Positions 37,875 through 46,627 of a stretch of 64,000 nt of DNA are shown piece after piece. Numbering within the stretch: the first letter of the stretch is position 1; every line of letters starts with the position of its first letter. Origin of the DNA: a virus. Taxonomy: Duplodnaviria; Caudoviricetes. The notes below the pieces were generated by a model. That model had not been told where the DNA came from. It saw only the letters and a list, made by a program, of their open reading frames with translations, and did not search any database. A program made the translations under genes and the position numbers. The stretch is from positions 18,144 through 82,143 of the IMG/VR virus record IMGVR_UViG_3300034052_000013, one strand, 5' to 3'.

Positions 37875-40591
37875 TTACATTTCTGTATTCCTGTCTTTCA
37901 AGATAGTTTGTAACATATCTTTAAGTTCTTGAAAATCGTCAACCCAATAAACATCAGCTTCACAGTCTTTCTGACATTTTCTTAATTTTTGTTCATCTCT
38001 AGAATTTGGTACACTCCAATCTGGCACATACAAGTTTATATAAACTTTAGGGATAGGTTTACCATCTCTTAAAGAGATTCTTCCTATTCTTCCTCTTTTT
38101 TGTGTGTGTGTTGCAGGGTTTTCTGAACGTGACCCGTCAATACCTAGTTGAACATCAGGTACATCTACACCCTGGTCTAATGCTTTTGCAGATAAAAGTA
38201 CTCTTACTTTTCCTTCAACAAAATCTTTTAAATTTTGTTTTGCTAAAGTTGAACCAGATGTTGATTTAAACTCTGACCATGTTATTATAATTGTAGGTGA
38301 TTTCTTTAATTTATACGGGATGTTTTTACTATTTAATTTTCGCTTAAATTTTTCAGCAGCAAGTATAGTTTTAAAAACTTTAGATTTTTCAATCGGTATA
38401 AGTTTTGATTCCATATTTGAGTGGTAAGCGACAGCTGTATCCCCTAATTGTTTTTGTAATTCATCTACAAATTGTGTGGATTGAGAAAAAGTGATTGTAC
38501 GTACATTAAACTCTTTTATAAGTTCAATAGCGACTCCAATCTTATGCTGAGTATTATCAAGAAAGTCTTTCCTTTTTCTTATTAAACGCAACCCATTTGT
38601 TGCCCATTTAATAACTTCAGGTGGCTCTATTCCTAATATTAAAGCATATCTTGCAGCGTTTCTCCTATCCATACAAGATAACATATTGTTAAAATCCCCA
38701 AATCTAGACATATAATATCTAATTTGTTTTCCTAAATTAACTTGTTCATTAGCCTCTTTTGGGGTTATTGGTACGGCTAAGTTAAACTGAATAAAATCAG
38801 AGACCCAACCATTTAATATTGCTTCTTTTTGTGTGACTGTATCACAAATAGGAGCATAGTGTTCTAATAAAGCATGTTTACCATCTAATCTCTCTAGAGT
38901 AGCTGTTAAACATAATAACCAAGAATATGTAACTTTTCTGAACACTTGAGAAAAGACAGGGGCAGCGTATAAATGAACTTCCGTATACCTAATATCTTTC
39001 AATATTAGCCCGACTATATCTTAATTTTATTTTGTTATATAATATACTTTTAAAACAGGAGTTTTGTTTTGCAAACAATTTTTTAATTGTTTAGCATTTA
39101 AATTCAAAAACTCTTTTGCTTCTTTATAATTTTTTAATATTTTACACGTCTTATTTGTTCTTAAAGATTTTAATAAAATAGTATTAGAACTATTTTTAGC
39201 TTCTTTTAAATCAGTCAGGCACATGCTCCAGTAGTAGTTATGCCACAAAGTTTTATTTTTAACAGCATTATCAAGACCATCACCATTAGACCTAGCATTT
39301 TTTAACATTTTGTTTAAAACACTGGCTTTTGTGGGAAAAATTTGAATAAGTTTTTTTGTTTTATTATAACAATAGTACTTATTAGAATAACACCTTTCAA
39401 AAGTTTTTTTATTTGTATAATTTTTATAATTTTCACTATTATAATAATCTAAAGTAACCCAAGAATAACCATAAGCAGTTCTTCTTTTTTTATTTAAAAT
39501 ATTACTGATAGAGGTGTGATGTTTTATTGACAAGCTCTCTGCAGCTTCTGTTATAGAATTGTATATCTTAATTAAATTAAGTTTTTTATCTAATTGTACA
39601 ACAGATATTTTGTGAGCATCTATACTAGCTTGTAGTCCTGTAACATTTCTTCTGTTCTTTAACATCACTCCTTCTCCACCTTCTTGTATATTTAATAGTG
39701 AAAAACCCCAAGTCTTAAACTGAGAAATCCAATATTTTTCAGTTAGACTCCATACATCTTCTTCTACAGTTTCTAATAATCTGATAAGTATTTGATTATT
39801 ATTTTTAAGATTTTTATACATCCATTTTGAAACTTTTGTAGACTTATTATGCAAAGCATTATACTTATGTTGTGCAAACCTTATTTGTAAATTATTAACA
39901 GTAACTCCTACATAACGAATGTTATTAGGTTCTACATTTGAACTTAGTGTGTAAATATTATATAACATATTTTTGTATTAAACAACACAAAGATACATAA
40001 AATTTCTACCATTTCCATTAAAAAGCGTCGGCTTTTTATGTACTTCCTTTCGGAATAGTCTGTGAACCTTACTCTAAAAAGAGTCTTGGCTGCGGATTGT
40101 CTAATCTTTTTATTTTTTACTATACTGAGGTAATTATTCTCACCATATTTATATCACTATAAATACTTAGTATAAAAAGCTCTAAAGAGTTTCCCGTCAA
40201 TTAGATAGATTTAGACTCGACAAAATTTTCACCTATCGAGTATGAGTAAATCAACTTGGTATAATTTACTCTTTAGTGCAACAGTATTAATAACTAATAC
40301 ACTAACATTTTTAAAACCTCCTTTTTTTATATTATTTTCCCACTGCTCTTTTAATGAAGTAGTTGGTACTACAATTAGAACAGTTCCCTTAAAATTCATT
40401 TTAGTAAGATCCTTTTTAAAGAATTTTGCTAATACTAGTAAAGCACAAGCACTTTTACCAAAGCCAGTAGCCATTTGTAAAGTACCTCTACCTCTTGTTT
40501 TAACCCATCGTACAACAGCTCTTAATTGTCTTCTATATCTTAGAATATCAAAATTAGGATGGGTTGTGTCAAAACCAATCATAGTCTTCAT
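37875..40591 (-). CDS. Superfamily 2 helicase, spliced (exon 1 40591-40235, exon 2 38981-37875; 487 aa)
   Basis: MATGFGKS Walker A, LTAT motif III, LDQGVDVP motif V, QKRGRIGR motif VI. Splicing CTC GAT|GAA GTT CAT restores LILDEVH. Confidence 0.9.
39027..39968 (-). CDS. Intron-encoded GIY-YIG homing endonuclease with NUMOD-like repeats
   Basis: NIY...YVGVT, RFAQH, EKYWI, LLNIQEGG, and repeated IKIYNSITEAA / IQIFPTKAS segments. Confidence 0.85.
   Translation of the reverse strand: MLYNIYTLSSNVEPNNIRYVGVTVNNLQIRFAQHKYNALHNKSTKVSKWMYKNLKNNNQILIRLLETVEEDVWSLTEKYWISQFKTWGFSLLNIQEGGEGVMLKNRRNVTGLQASIDAHKISVVQLDKKLNLIKIYNSITEAAESLSIKHHTSISNILNKKRRTAYGYSWVTLDYYNSENYKNYTNKKTFERCYSNKYYCYNKTKKLIQIFPTKASVLNKMLKNARSNGDGLDNAVKNKTLWHNYYWSMCLTDLKEAKNSSNTILLKSLRTNKTCKILKNYKEAKEFLNLNAKQLKNCLQNKTPVLKVYYITK
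39988..39995 (-). promoter_or_regulatory. Intron-internal -7 promoter box for the GIY-YIG gene
   Basis: TATCTTTG on the - strand, 19 nt before ATG 39968. Confidence 0.6.
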
Positions 40592-41016
40592 CAGACTAAT
40601 TTTTTAAATTTTGAAACTAATCTAAAAGTCAATTTTAATAATCTGTTTTGCTCTTCTGATTTTTCATCATAAGTTTGTAACATTTCTTCTGTTGATTTAT
40701 TAGGTTTAGGTATTTCATCTATACTGTAATAGACAGGAATACCTGCTTCATTAGCTTTTTTAACTTCTAAATCAGCACCTTTAGACTTTCCTGGTAATCT
40801 TAGAAGACCATCACAACAAATTAACCATTGTAAATCCCATTCCATCCACTGTTCCCAAGACATTGGGTGGACTAAGTGTTGAAAACCACTCCAAAGAGGG
40901 GCAAATGGGGTATAGCCTTTGTCAATTAATAATTTAAAAGTGTCTAATTGTATACGGATATTTTCTAAATTGTCTCCGTTTGTATAGGGAGAGGCGATGT
41001 ATATTCGTTTCTTCAT
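40591..41016 (-). CDS. DUF4406/nucleoside 2-deoxyribosyltransferase-like protein
   Basis: RIYIASPYT...LRLPGKSKGADLEV. ATG 41016 overlaps the upstream stop (ATGA). Confidence 0.65.
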   Translation of the reverse strand: MKKRIYIASPYTNGDNLENIRIQLDTFKLLIDKGYTPFAPLWSGFQHLVHPMSWEQWMEWDLQWLICCDGLLRLPGKSKGADLEVKKANEAGIPVYYSIDEIPKPNKSTEEMLQTYDEKSEEQNRLLKLTFRLVSKFKKLV

Positions 41017-41291
41017 ACATATAAAGTTTTTGGAGAGCAACCTAAGTAATAATTTATTCTTAATTTACGTCTCATAGGTTTACTTAATTTATATTCTTTA
41101 GAAATATTTTCTAAAATTTCATCAGCAAGTGCATCTGTTATCTCATATTTCATAAAATCTATAACTTTTTCGCCCCTTTCATTTATAGTAGCATTTTCTA
41201 CTAATTCATCAAAGTCTGCTGAAGGTGTTGCTTTTGCATAAGCTTCTTTATAAGCAGCTAATAAAGCGTCTTCAAATGTTGGTTTTTTCAT
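41013..41291 (-). CDS. Hypothetical protein
   Basis: 92 aa ORF with A-rich leader. Confidence 0.6.
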   Translation of the reverse strand: MKKPTFEDALLAAYKEAYAKATPSADFDELVENATINERGEKVIDFMKYEITDALADEILENISKEYKLSKPMRRKLRINYYLGCSPKTLYV

Positions 41292-41316
41292 AAGTTTTTG
41301 ATTAAGGTAAAAATTA

Positions 41317-41340
41317 CCTTGAGTATTTTACTACTCAAGG
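41317..41340 (-). terminator. Probable intrinsic terminator
   Basis: 9-bp stem CCTTGAGTA/TACTCAAGG followed on the - strand by TAATTTTT, just after the 41350 stop. Confidence 0.55.
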
Positions 41341-41349
41341 TAAGATTGA

Positions 41350-42189
41350 TTAAAAAACAATAAAATTTACACGGGTACATCTTAACTCATGGTCGCATAG
41401 AGATGTTTGATACTCTAATTCAACAAAGCCTGAAGCTCTGTTTCCTTTATTAGTTTCATGATGAAATCCGTTTCTTTTCTTTTGTGTTTCTTGTTTTGCA
41501 GCGATATTTTGTACATACCATTTTGCGTGTTGTTTTATTTGTCCTGTTCTTGTTAAGAATTCATGTCTCACAGGGTGTATAAAACCATCATGGATATGTT
41601 CAGTAATCCACACATCTGCAGAAGGGTAACTAGCTTTAGCTAAGTCAATAGATAAACTACCTTTTGACCTTGTACCTCCTGCAAAAGGGCTGTGCGAGAA
41701 ATGGACGGCAGAAGTTGCAACAAACTTTTTACCTACACCATGTTCTGCTGATAAGATGATGTAACCAGAATATTCATGAACAGGGACATCAACACCACAA
41801 ATTAAACCTAAAAGGTCTAAATTATGTCTTCTGATAATTGAATTATCATGATTTCCTCTATTCCAAGAAATTATTCTATCTTTAAAAGGTAAAACAACTT
41901 CTTCTCGTACATCTCTAATAACTCTGTTAGCATAATCTGTATGATTATAAATGTCTAATGTAGAAGATTTAGTTCCTCTTTTATCATTTACAAACTGCAT
42001 TACATCTAAAGAGTCTCCTCCAATAACAATGTACACATCAGGGTTTTCTTTTAAGTATTTTTTGACTTTACTCCACTCAGAGTATTCTGAGTCTTTATGC
42101 AAATCGGATATCCAAACTATTTTAAAATTAGGTGTAGGAATTTTGCAGTGTAAGACTTCATGAGATAATCGTGTTATTTCCATAAGCAT
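41350..42189 (-). CDS. Calcineurin-like metallophosphoesterase
   Basis: SDLH, GGDSLD, RGNHD, HFSH and EHIH motifs. Confidence 0.75.
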   Translation of the reverse strand: MLMEITRLSHEVLHCKIPTPNFKIVWISDLHKDSEYSEWSKVKKYLKENPDVYIVIGGDSLDVMQFVNDKRGTKSSTLDIYNHTDYANRVIRDVREEVVLPFKDRIISWNRGNHDNSIIRRHNLDLLGLICGVDVPVHEYSGYIILSAEHGVGKKFVATSAVHFSHSPFAGGTRSKGSLSIDLAKASYPSADVWITEHIHDGFIHPVRHEFLTRTGQIKQHAKWYVQNIAAKQETQKKRNGFHHETNKGNRASGFVELEYQTSLCDHELRCTRVNFIVF

Positions 42190-42208
42190 TAGTTTTGATT
42201 AAAGTCTA

Positions 42209-42238
42209 CAAATATAAGACTTTTTTATTGAATATCAA
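42209..42238 (-). promoter_or_regulatory. Bacteroidota-type promoter
   Basis: TTG, 19-nt spacer, TATATTTG on the - strand upstream of 42189. Confidence 0.7.
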
Positions 42239-42276
42239 CACTTTTGATATTTTTTATATGTGTAATACATACAAAG

Positions 42277-42681
42277 TTATTCTAATACTTTTTCAATTAA
42301 GGATTGTAAATCTAAAATTTCCCGTTTGTAATTAGGGATACTTGAAAGTGTATTTTTTACTGCTTTTTTTGCATAATAAACGGAAGATCTATCTTGATGA
42401 CAAACTTCATAAGCAACTTTTACAGGTGGTAGACCAGTATACTTATCACAAAAGTATACAATTATCATACGTCTATCAGAAAAAGGTTGTTTTCTAGTTT
42501 TTAAAAATAAATCTTTTCGTTGTATATTCCAATAATCACAACAAATTTTAACAATTTGTTCTATTTTAGAATAATTTTTTTCAATTTTTAAAAAGTTAAT
42601 ACTGTTCTGATTAAGAAAATTTTCAATATAATGTTGATTATTTTCATCAGATATTGTTATATTGTAGATAATATTCCTCAT
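42277..42681 (-). CDS. DnaA domain IV-like helix-turn-helix protein
   Basis: KTRKQPFSDRRMIIVYFCDKYTGL...QDRSSVYYA resembles the DnaA C-terminal R..R.IAMYL....T..S....RDHTTV.HA pattern. Confidence 0.55.
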   Translation of the reverse strand: MRNIIYNITISDENNQHYIENFLNQNSINFLKIEKNYSKIEQIVKICCDYWNIQRKDLFLKTRKQPFSDRRMIIVYFCDKYTGLPPVKVAYEVCHQDRSSVYYAKKAVKNTLSSIPNYKREILDLQSLIEKVLE

Positions 42682-42699
42682 TATATTGTTTTTAAAGTT

Positions 42700-42972
42700 T
42701 TAAACTGTTTCAGCTTTTTCGTCATTAAATCTGTCAATAATCTTATACCATTCATTTTTATCACATTCATCTCCTAAAGAGTCAAATAATCTTTCATGTT
42801 CTAATATTTCATCCACTAACTTTTGTTTACTGTGTAAATCTAAAATTTCCCAATTATTAAATATCTCAGTTACAGTGTGCGACACCATATAAGTTCTTCG
42901 CCCAAGTGAATATCTAAACATACACATTAAAGCTAACCAAGGGTCGTTGAGTGTTATTTTACTTCTATCCAT
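42700..42972 (-). CDS. Hypothetical protein
   Basis: 90 aa, MFRYSLGRRTYMV motif, tightly packed operon. Confidence 0.6.
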   Translation of the reverse strand: MDRSKITLNDPWLALMCMFRYSLGRRTYMVSHTVTEIFNNWEILDLHSKQKLVDEILEHERLFDSLGDECDKNEWYKIIDRFNDEKAETV

Positions 42973-42975
42973 AGT

Positions 42976-43260
42976 CTATTCTTTTTCATTATAAGCATCT
43001 TTATACCATATAGCCATACTTATAACTTTAGTTATAAGTTCTTTCTTAGAATTTTTAGCTATTTCTATTATATAATCTTCAGAAACTTCATCAGAAGCCA
43101 GTTCTAAAATTGCATCTATTAATACACTTCTTGTAGAAATATTTACTATTTTTCCACTACCATCACATTTTTCACAAATATAAGGGTTTGGTGGTACACT
43201 TCTATCTGTACCATCTGTACCTGTTCCTAAACAATTTGGACAGTTTATCATTTCAATCAT
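42976..43260 (-). CDS. Small protein with DnaJ-type CxxCxGxG zinc finger
   Basis: CPNCLGTG and CEKCDGSG. Confidence 0.6.
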   Translation of the reverse strand: MIEMINCPNCLGTGTDGTDRSVPPNPYICEKCDGSGKIVNISTRSVLIDAILELASDEVSEDYIIEIAKNSKKELITKVISMAIWYKDAYNEKE

Positions 43261-43264
43261 AATT

Positions 43265-43627
43265 TTAATCTTTTTCTAAATATTTGCGTGCTTGTTTATA
43301 AACTGTGAAAAAGTTATCTTTTTCTTTTTCAGTTAAATCTAATAACCTATCACCTACTGTAACTAAATCGTAGTTATCATCTTTATCTATTTCTAGATAA
43401 GCTACTACTAAACAGTTTTCTTTATTTTCAAAACAAGAATAATGAATAATATGTGAATCAGAAGATAACCCTCCATTTTCCAGTAGTGTGTACTTACCAC
43501 CAGATAATATCTCTTCTCTTTTACCATAATAAGTATTAGGGTACCAAACTATAAATTCATAGTAATAGTTGTTATGTCGAAAAGATATAGAACCTTCTCT
43601 TATCTCTTTGTGGATTATAGTTTTCAT
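43265..43627 (-). CDS. Hypothetical protein
   Basis: ATG 43627 with A-rich leader, preferred over the longer overlapping start. Confidence 0.55.
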   Translation of the reverse strand: MKTIIHKEIREGSISFRHNNYYYEFIVWYPNTYYGKREEILSGGKYTLLENGGLSSDSHIIHYSCFENKENCLVVAYLEIDKDDNYDLVTVGDRLLDLTEKEKDNFFTVYKQARKYLEKD

Positions 43628-43631
43628 AATT

Positions 43632-43922
43632 TTATCTTTTAAAATTCCATGTGTATATATCACTACATTTTTCTTCACAAGTGTGTTTAGGTAAGTGCAT
43701 GTCAACATACTCACCCTCCCACTGCTCATTTAATATTGACATAGCTTCAGAACAAAGACTCATACCATCTAGTTGATTTCCACCAAAAGTGGATTCATGT
43801 TTGAATGGTACTTTATCTGTGTATCTTTGTTCAAATTTTGCTGCAACCCATCTCCAAGAACCTTCACACTTTTCTCTTAAATATTTTATATAAAGAGCTT
43901 GAAATTTAGTTAAGTTTCTCAT
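43632..43922 (-). CDS. Hypothetical protein
   Basis: 96 aa, ATGA-coupled to the upstream gene. Confidence 0.55.
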   Translation of the reverse strand: MRNLTKFQALYIKYLREKCEGSWRWVAAKFEQRYTDKVPFKHESTFGGNQLDGMSLCSEAMSILNEQWEGEYVDMHLPKHTCEEKCSDIYTWNFKR

Positions 43923-44281
43923 AGTTTTATCTTTTTAAGTAAATATTCTGTTGATTTAGATTTTCCTAAAAGGTTTGTCCCTTTAAAAAGGAAATACTTT
44001 CTATCTTTTACATATAATTTATAAAGCCCATGTTTTTCAAAAATATTTATTTGGTAACGATAAGAACCTCTTTTTACAGGTATTGGATGGGACAGCTTTA
44101 AATTTAATTTTAAACCTAACATTGCAAAATCAAAACATATCATACCATAAACACCTGTAAATAATGTTATAGTTCTGTTAAGCTTTTTAAAAGATTCTTT
44201 TAGAATTATATCGGATAATATTTTATCTAGAGTACTGTGAGAGAGTTTCTTATATTTTATAATATCACTTTTCAATTCCAT
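43919..44281 (-). CDS. Hypothetical basic protein
   Basis: 120 aa, tightly packed. Confidence 0.55.
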   Translation of the reverse strand: MELKSDIIKYKKLSHSTLDKILSDIILKESFKKLNRTITLFTGVYGMICFDFAMLGLKLNLKLSHPIPVKRGSYRYQINIFEKHGLYKLYVKDRKYFLFKGTNLLGKSKSTEYLLKKIKL

Positions 44282-44285
44282 AATT

Positions 44286-44507
44286 TTAATCTTGTATTGT
44301 TAATACTTCTATTAAAGAATCTAATCTTTCAATAGTGTTAAATGTTCCTAAATAAATCGTTACCTCTCCTTGCGTAAGCCAGACAGATTCATTAGAATAA
44401 ACCTCTAATGTAATTTCTTCAGATAAGTTTTTTGTGTAGATGTTGCAATAATCTAATTCTATTTCCGTAAAACCTCTGTCTATTAATTGTTTGTAGCTCA
44501 TTTCCAT
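44286..44507 (-). CDS. Hypothetical protein
   Basis: 73 aa, tightly packed. Confidence 0.5.
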   Translation of the reverse strand: MEMSYKQLIDRGFTEIELDYCNIYTKNLSEEITLEVYSNESVWLTQGEVTIYLGTFNTIERLDSLIEVLTIQD

Positions 44508-44508
44508 A

Positions 44509-44763
44509 TTAATCTATTATTAGGTAGTCATATTGCATAAATAAAACCCTATTTAAGAACTCTTCTATATAAAGACCTTCCTTTGTATGTGGGATGTTTA
44601 AAACTTTCTTAAAATCAATTATAATAAGCCCTAAAGCATTCCTTTTAAAAGAACTTTCAAAAGCTTTTAACATATTAATCCCATCAGCTTCTTTATCTAA
44701 TTGTTGTTTAGATAAATAAAGGAGAGTTTTGTTCTCTCCTTTATTAATTATTGTTGTAAACAT
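44509..44763 (-). CDS. Hypothetical protein
   Basis: 84 aa, tightly packed. Confidence 0.5.
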   Translation of the reverse strand: MFTTIINKGENKTLLYLSKQQLDKEADGINMLKAFESSFKRNALGLIIIDFKKVLNIPHTKEGLYIEEFLNRVLFMQYDYLIID

Positions 44764-44767
44764 AAGT

Positions 44768-44920
44768 TTAATTTTCTAATTTAAAATAAATTCCACACTC
44801 ATTACATAAAATATCAATTATAGGTAAGTTTAATTTACTATAATCATAATTGAAATGAAAATTTTCTTTGTTTCCACATTCAGGACAAACAGTTTCTTCT
44901 TCTTCTATAAAATTTCCCAT
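44768..44920 (-). CDS. 50-aa zinc-ribbon protein (below the ORF-track cut-off)
   Basis: MGNFIEEEETVCPECGNKENF...ILCNECGIYFKLEN. Two CxxC motifs, fills the gap between its neighbours. Confidence 0.7.
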   Translation of the reverse strand: MGNFIEEEETVCPECGNKENFHFNYDYSKLNLPIIDILCNECGIYFKLEN

Positions 44921-45132
44921 TGATAAATAGAATTTAATGTCTTAAATGTATTTTCAGACAATATTTCTGTTACTACAGAAGTGCCAAAAGAACCTATCCA
45001 AAAACTTTCTCCTATTACAGGTTCTCTAAAGTATTCTGAGAAAGTTTCTTTTATTATAGTATAACCTTCTTCAATATTATTAGGATGGTAGGCATCTTCT
45101 AACTCTTTTAATTTTGTTATTTTTACTTTCAT
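44905..45132 (-). CDS. Hypothetical protein
   Basis: 75 aa ending FKTLNSIYQWEIL. Confidence 0.6.
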   Translation of the reverse strand: MKVKITKLKELEDAYHPNNIEEGYTIIKETFSEYFREPVIGESFWIGSFGTSVVTEILSENTFKTLNSIYQWEIL

Positions 45133-45192
45133 AATTTAAATTTTAAGGTTATAACTTGAATTACCGTAAATAATATAAGGTTAAAACCTTAT

Positions 45193-45465
45193 TTAATCCC
45201 ATTCACTTATAGTTAAGTCTCTATTTTCTAATCCACACGCTACAGCTAATTCTATATCATGAGGATAAGTTATAAATTCTCCTTCAATCAGCAAACCTGT
45301 ATTACACATCAAAGCATCATAAAACTTTTCTTCACTGAAACCTTCAACTCTTTTACAAGTTTTTAAAATGGCTGTAATTTCTGTATGGACAAAACCTTGT
45401 TCATGTTTTCTTGGATACGTTGTTACGAAATCGTCAGCAAGAGTATATTTATTCTTTTTTGTCAT
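45193..45465 (-). CDS. Hypothetical protein
   Basis: 90 aa, ATGA overlap with the phosphoesterase. Confidence 0.6.
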   Translation of the reverse strand: MTKKNKYTLADDFVTTYPRKHEQGFVHTEITAILKTCKRVEGFSEEKFYDALMCNTGLLIEGEFITYPHDIELAVACGLENRDLTISEWD

Positions 45466-46043
45466 GAGTTTAAAAATTTTTGTGTGATTAATATTTCAAT
45501 TGTATTATACGACAAAGGTCTGTAAGAATCTGCATATAAAGTGTCTACACCAACATCTAAAGCAGCATAATGAGGGTGTTTAAAACTCCCATGACAATGC
45601 CCAAATAAATGCCAAGAACCTTTTTCTTTTTTATACCAAGTGCTTAAAGGATAGTGACATAATATTATTTTCTGTTCAACCTCATCTTCATTATCATTTT
45701 GCACATTAATTTCTAAAATGTCGTAAAGAGTTTTTTCTTGAAGTTGCTTATCAGGTGTTATTTGATATTTGTCATGATTACCTCTTACATGGTAAATTGT
45801 CCCATTAAGTTGAGAAACATATTTTTCCCAAGCAGATTTTCTAGAATGAAAACAAAAATCTCCAAGCATGAAGACTTTTCCATGCTCAGGGACTTTTTGA
45901 TTCCATCTTTCTATTAAAACTCTGTCCATATCTTCTTTATTTAAAAAATCACGCTCACAAAAAGCTATGATGTTTTCATGATTGAAGTGTAAATCTGAAA
46001 TAAAGAAAATGTCATTTTTATTAAAAGTGGTTGTTAATTTCAT
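45462..46043 (-). CDS. Calcineurin-like metallophosphoesterase
   Basis: FISDLHFNH, LGDF, RGNHD, CHYP and GHCH motifs. Confidence 0.85.
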   Translation of the reverse strand: MKLTTTFNKNDIFFISDLHFNHENIIAFCERDFLNKEDMDRVLIERWNQKVPEHGKVFMLGDFCFHSRKSAWEKYVSQLNGTIYHVRGNHDKYQITPDKQLQEKTLYDILEINVQNDNEDEVEQKIILCHYPLSTWYKKEKGSWHLFGHCHGSFKHPHYAALDVGVDTLYADSYRPLSYNTIEILITQKFLNS

Positions 46044-46048
46044 AATTG

Positions 46049-46303
46049 TTAATTTATTTCTTCTATTAAAATAAACTTAGTCTCACTGTAAACACAATCA
46101 AAATACTTACAATCTTTCATTAACATCATTCTGTAAAGATTTCTAGAAATTTTCTCTGTTGCTAAAATGCAATAAGCATCTTGGTCTACATATAAAACTC
46201 TTTCTTTTTTTGCAAAATAAATATTATCTGTATTTAATTTTAATGTTTGACTGTAGCTGTAAGTAGTTATAAATAATAAAAAGATTAAAGTTAATTTTTT
46301 CAT
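46049..46303 (-). CDS. Small secreted/periplasmic protein
   Basis: Signal-peptide-like MKKLTLIFLLFITTYSYS. Confidence 0.55.
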   Translation of the reverse strand: MKKLTLIFLLFITTYSYSQTLKLNTDNIYFAKKERVLYVDQDAYCILATEKISRNLYRMMLMKDCKYFDCVYSETKFILIEEIN

Positions 46304-46306
46304 AGC

Positions 46307-46627
46307 TTATTGTTTATATTTTACTCTATCATCAAATTCTGGCTTGTTTTGTATCATCCAAGATAAAAACATAGCATTACACTGTATGTGTCCTATATGA
46401 GACTCTCCAGATTCAGGGTCAGTATCTTCACCTTCCATATAAGCATCTAAATGTCTTTTTAAAGACTCACAAATTTCTGTTACACTTAACCCTTTAGTCC
46501 AATTGTATGGAGCATATTTTTTAGCTCCATACTCTAAAACTTTTACCATAGGAGTTAAGGATGATTGAGGTACTAAGCTCCATTTAGCTTTTCCCTCATT
46601 AAATCTTAAACCTTTATTATTTTCCAT
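46307..46627 (-). CDS. dATP/dGTP diphosphohydrolase N-terminal domain (DUF5664-like) protein
   Basis: KGLRFNEGKAKWSL, YGAKKY..YNW.KG, RHL, DPESGESHIGH..CNAMFL. Confidence 0.8.
   Translation of the reverse strand: MENNKGLRFNEGKAKWSLVPQSSLTPMVKVLEYGAKKYAPYNWTKGLSVTEICESLKRHLDAYMEGEDTDPESGESHIGHIQCNAMFLSWMIQNKPEFDDRVKYKQ

Larger units (their letters stand above)
38982..40234 (-). mobile_element. Group I intron (1253 nt) in the SF2 helicase, carrying a GIY-YIG endonuclease
   Basis: P AATTGACGGGAAA, Q AATCCGCAG, R GTTCACAGACTA, S AAGATATAGTC, P9 CTAATATT-GAAA-GATATTAG. P1 CTCGAT/GTCGAG with U.G, terminal G at 38982. Confidence 0.92.
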
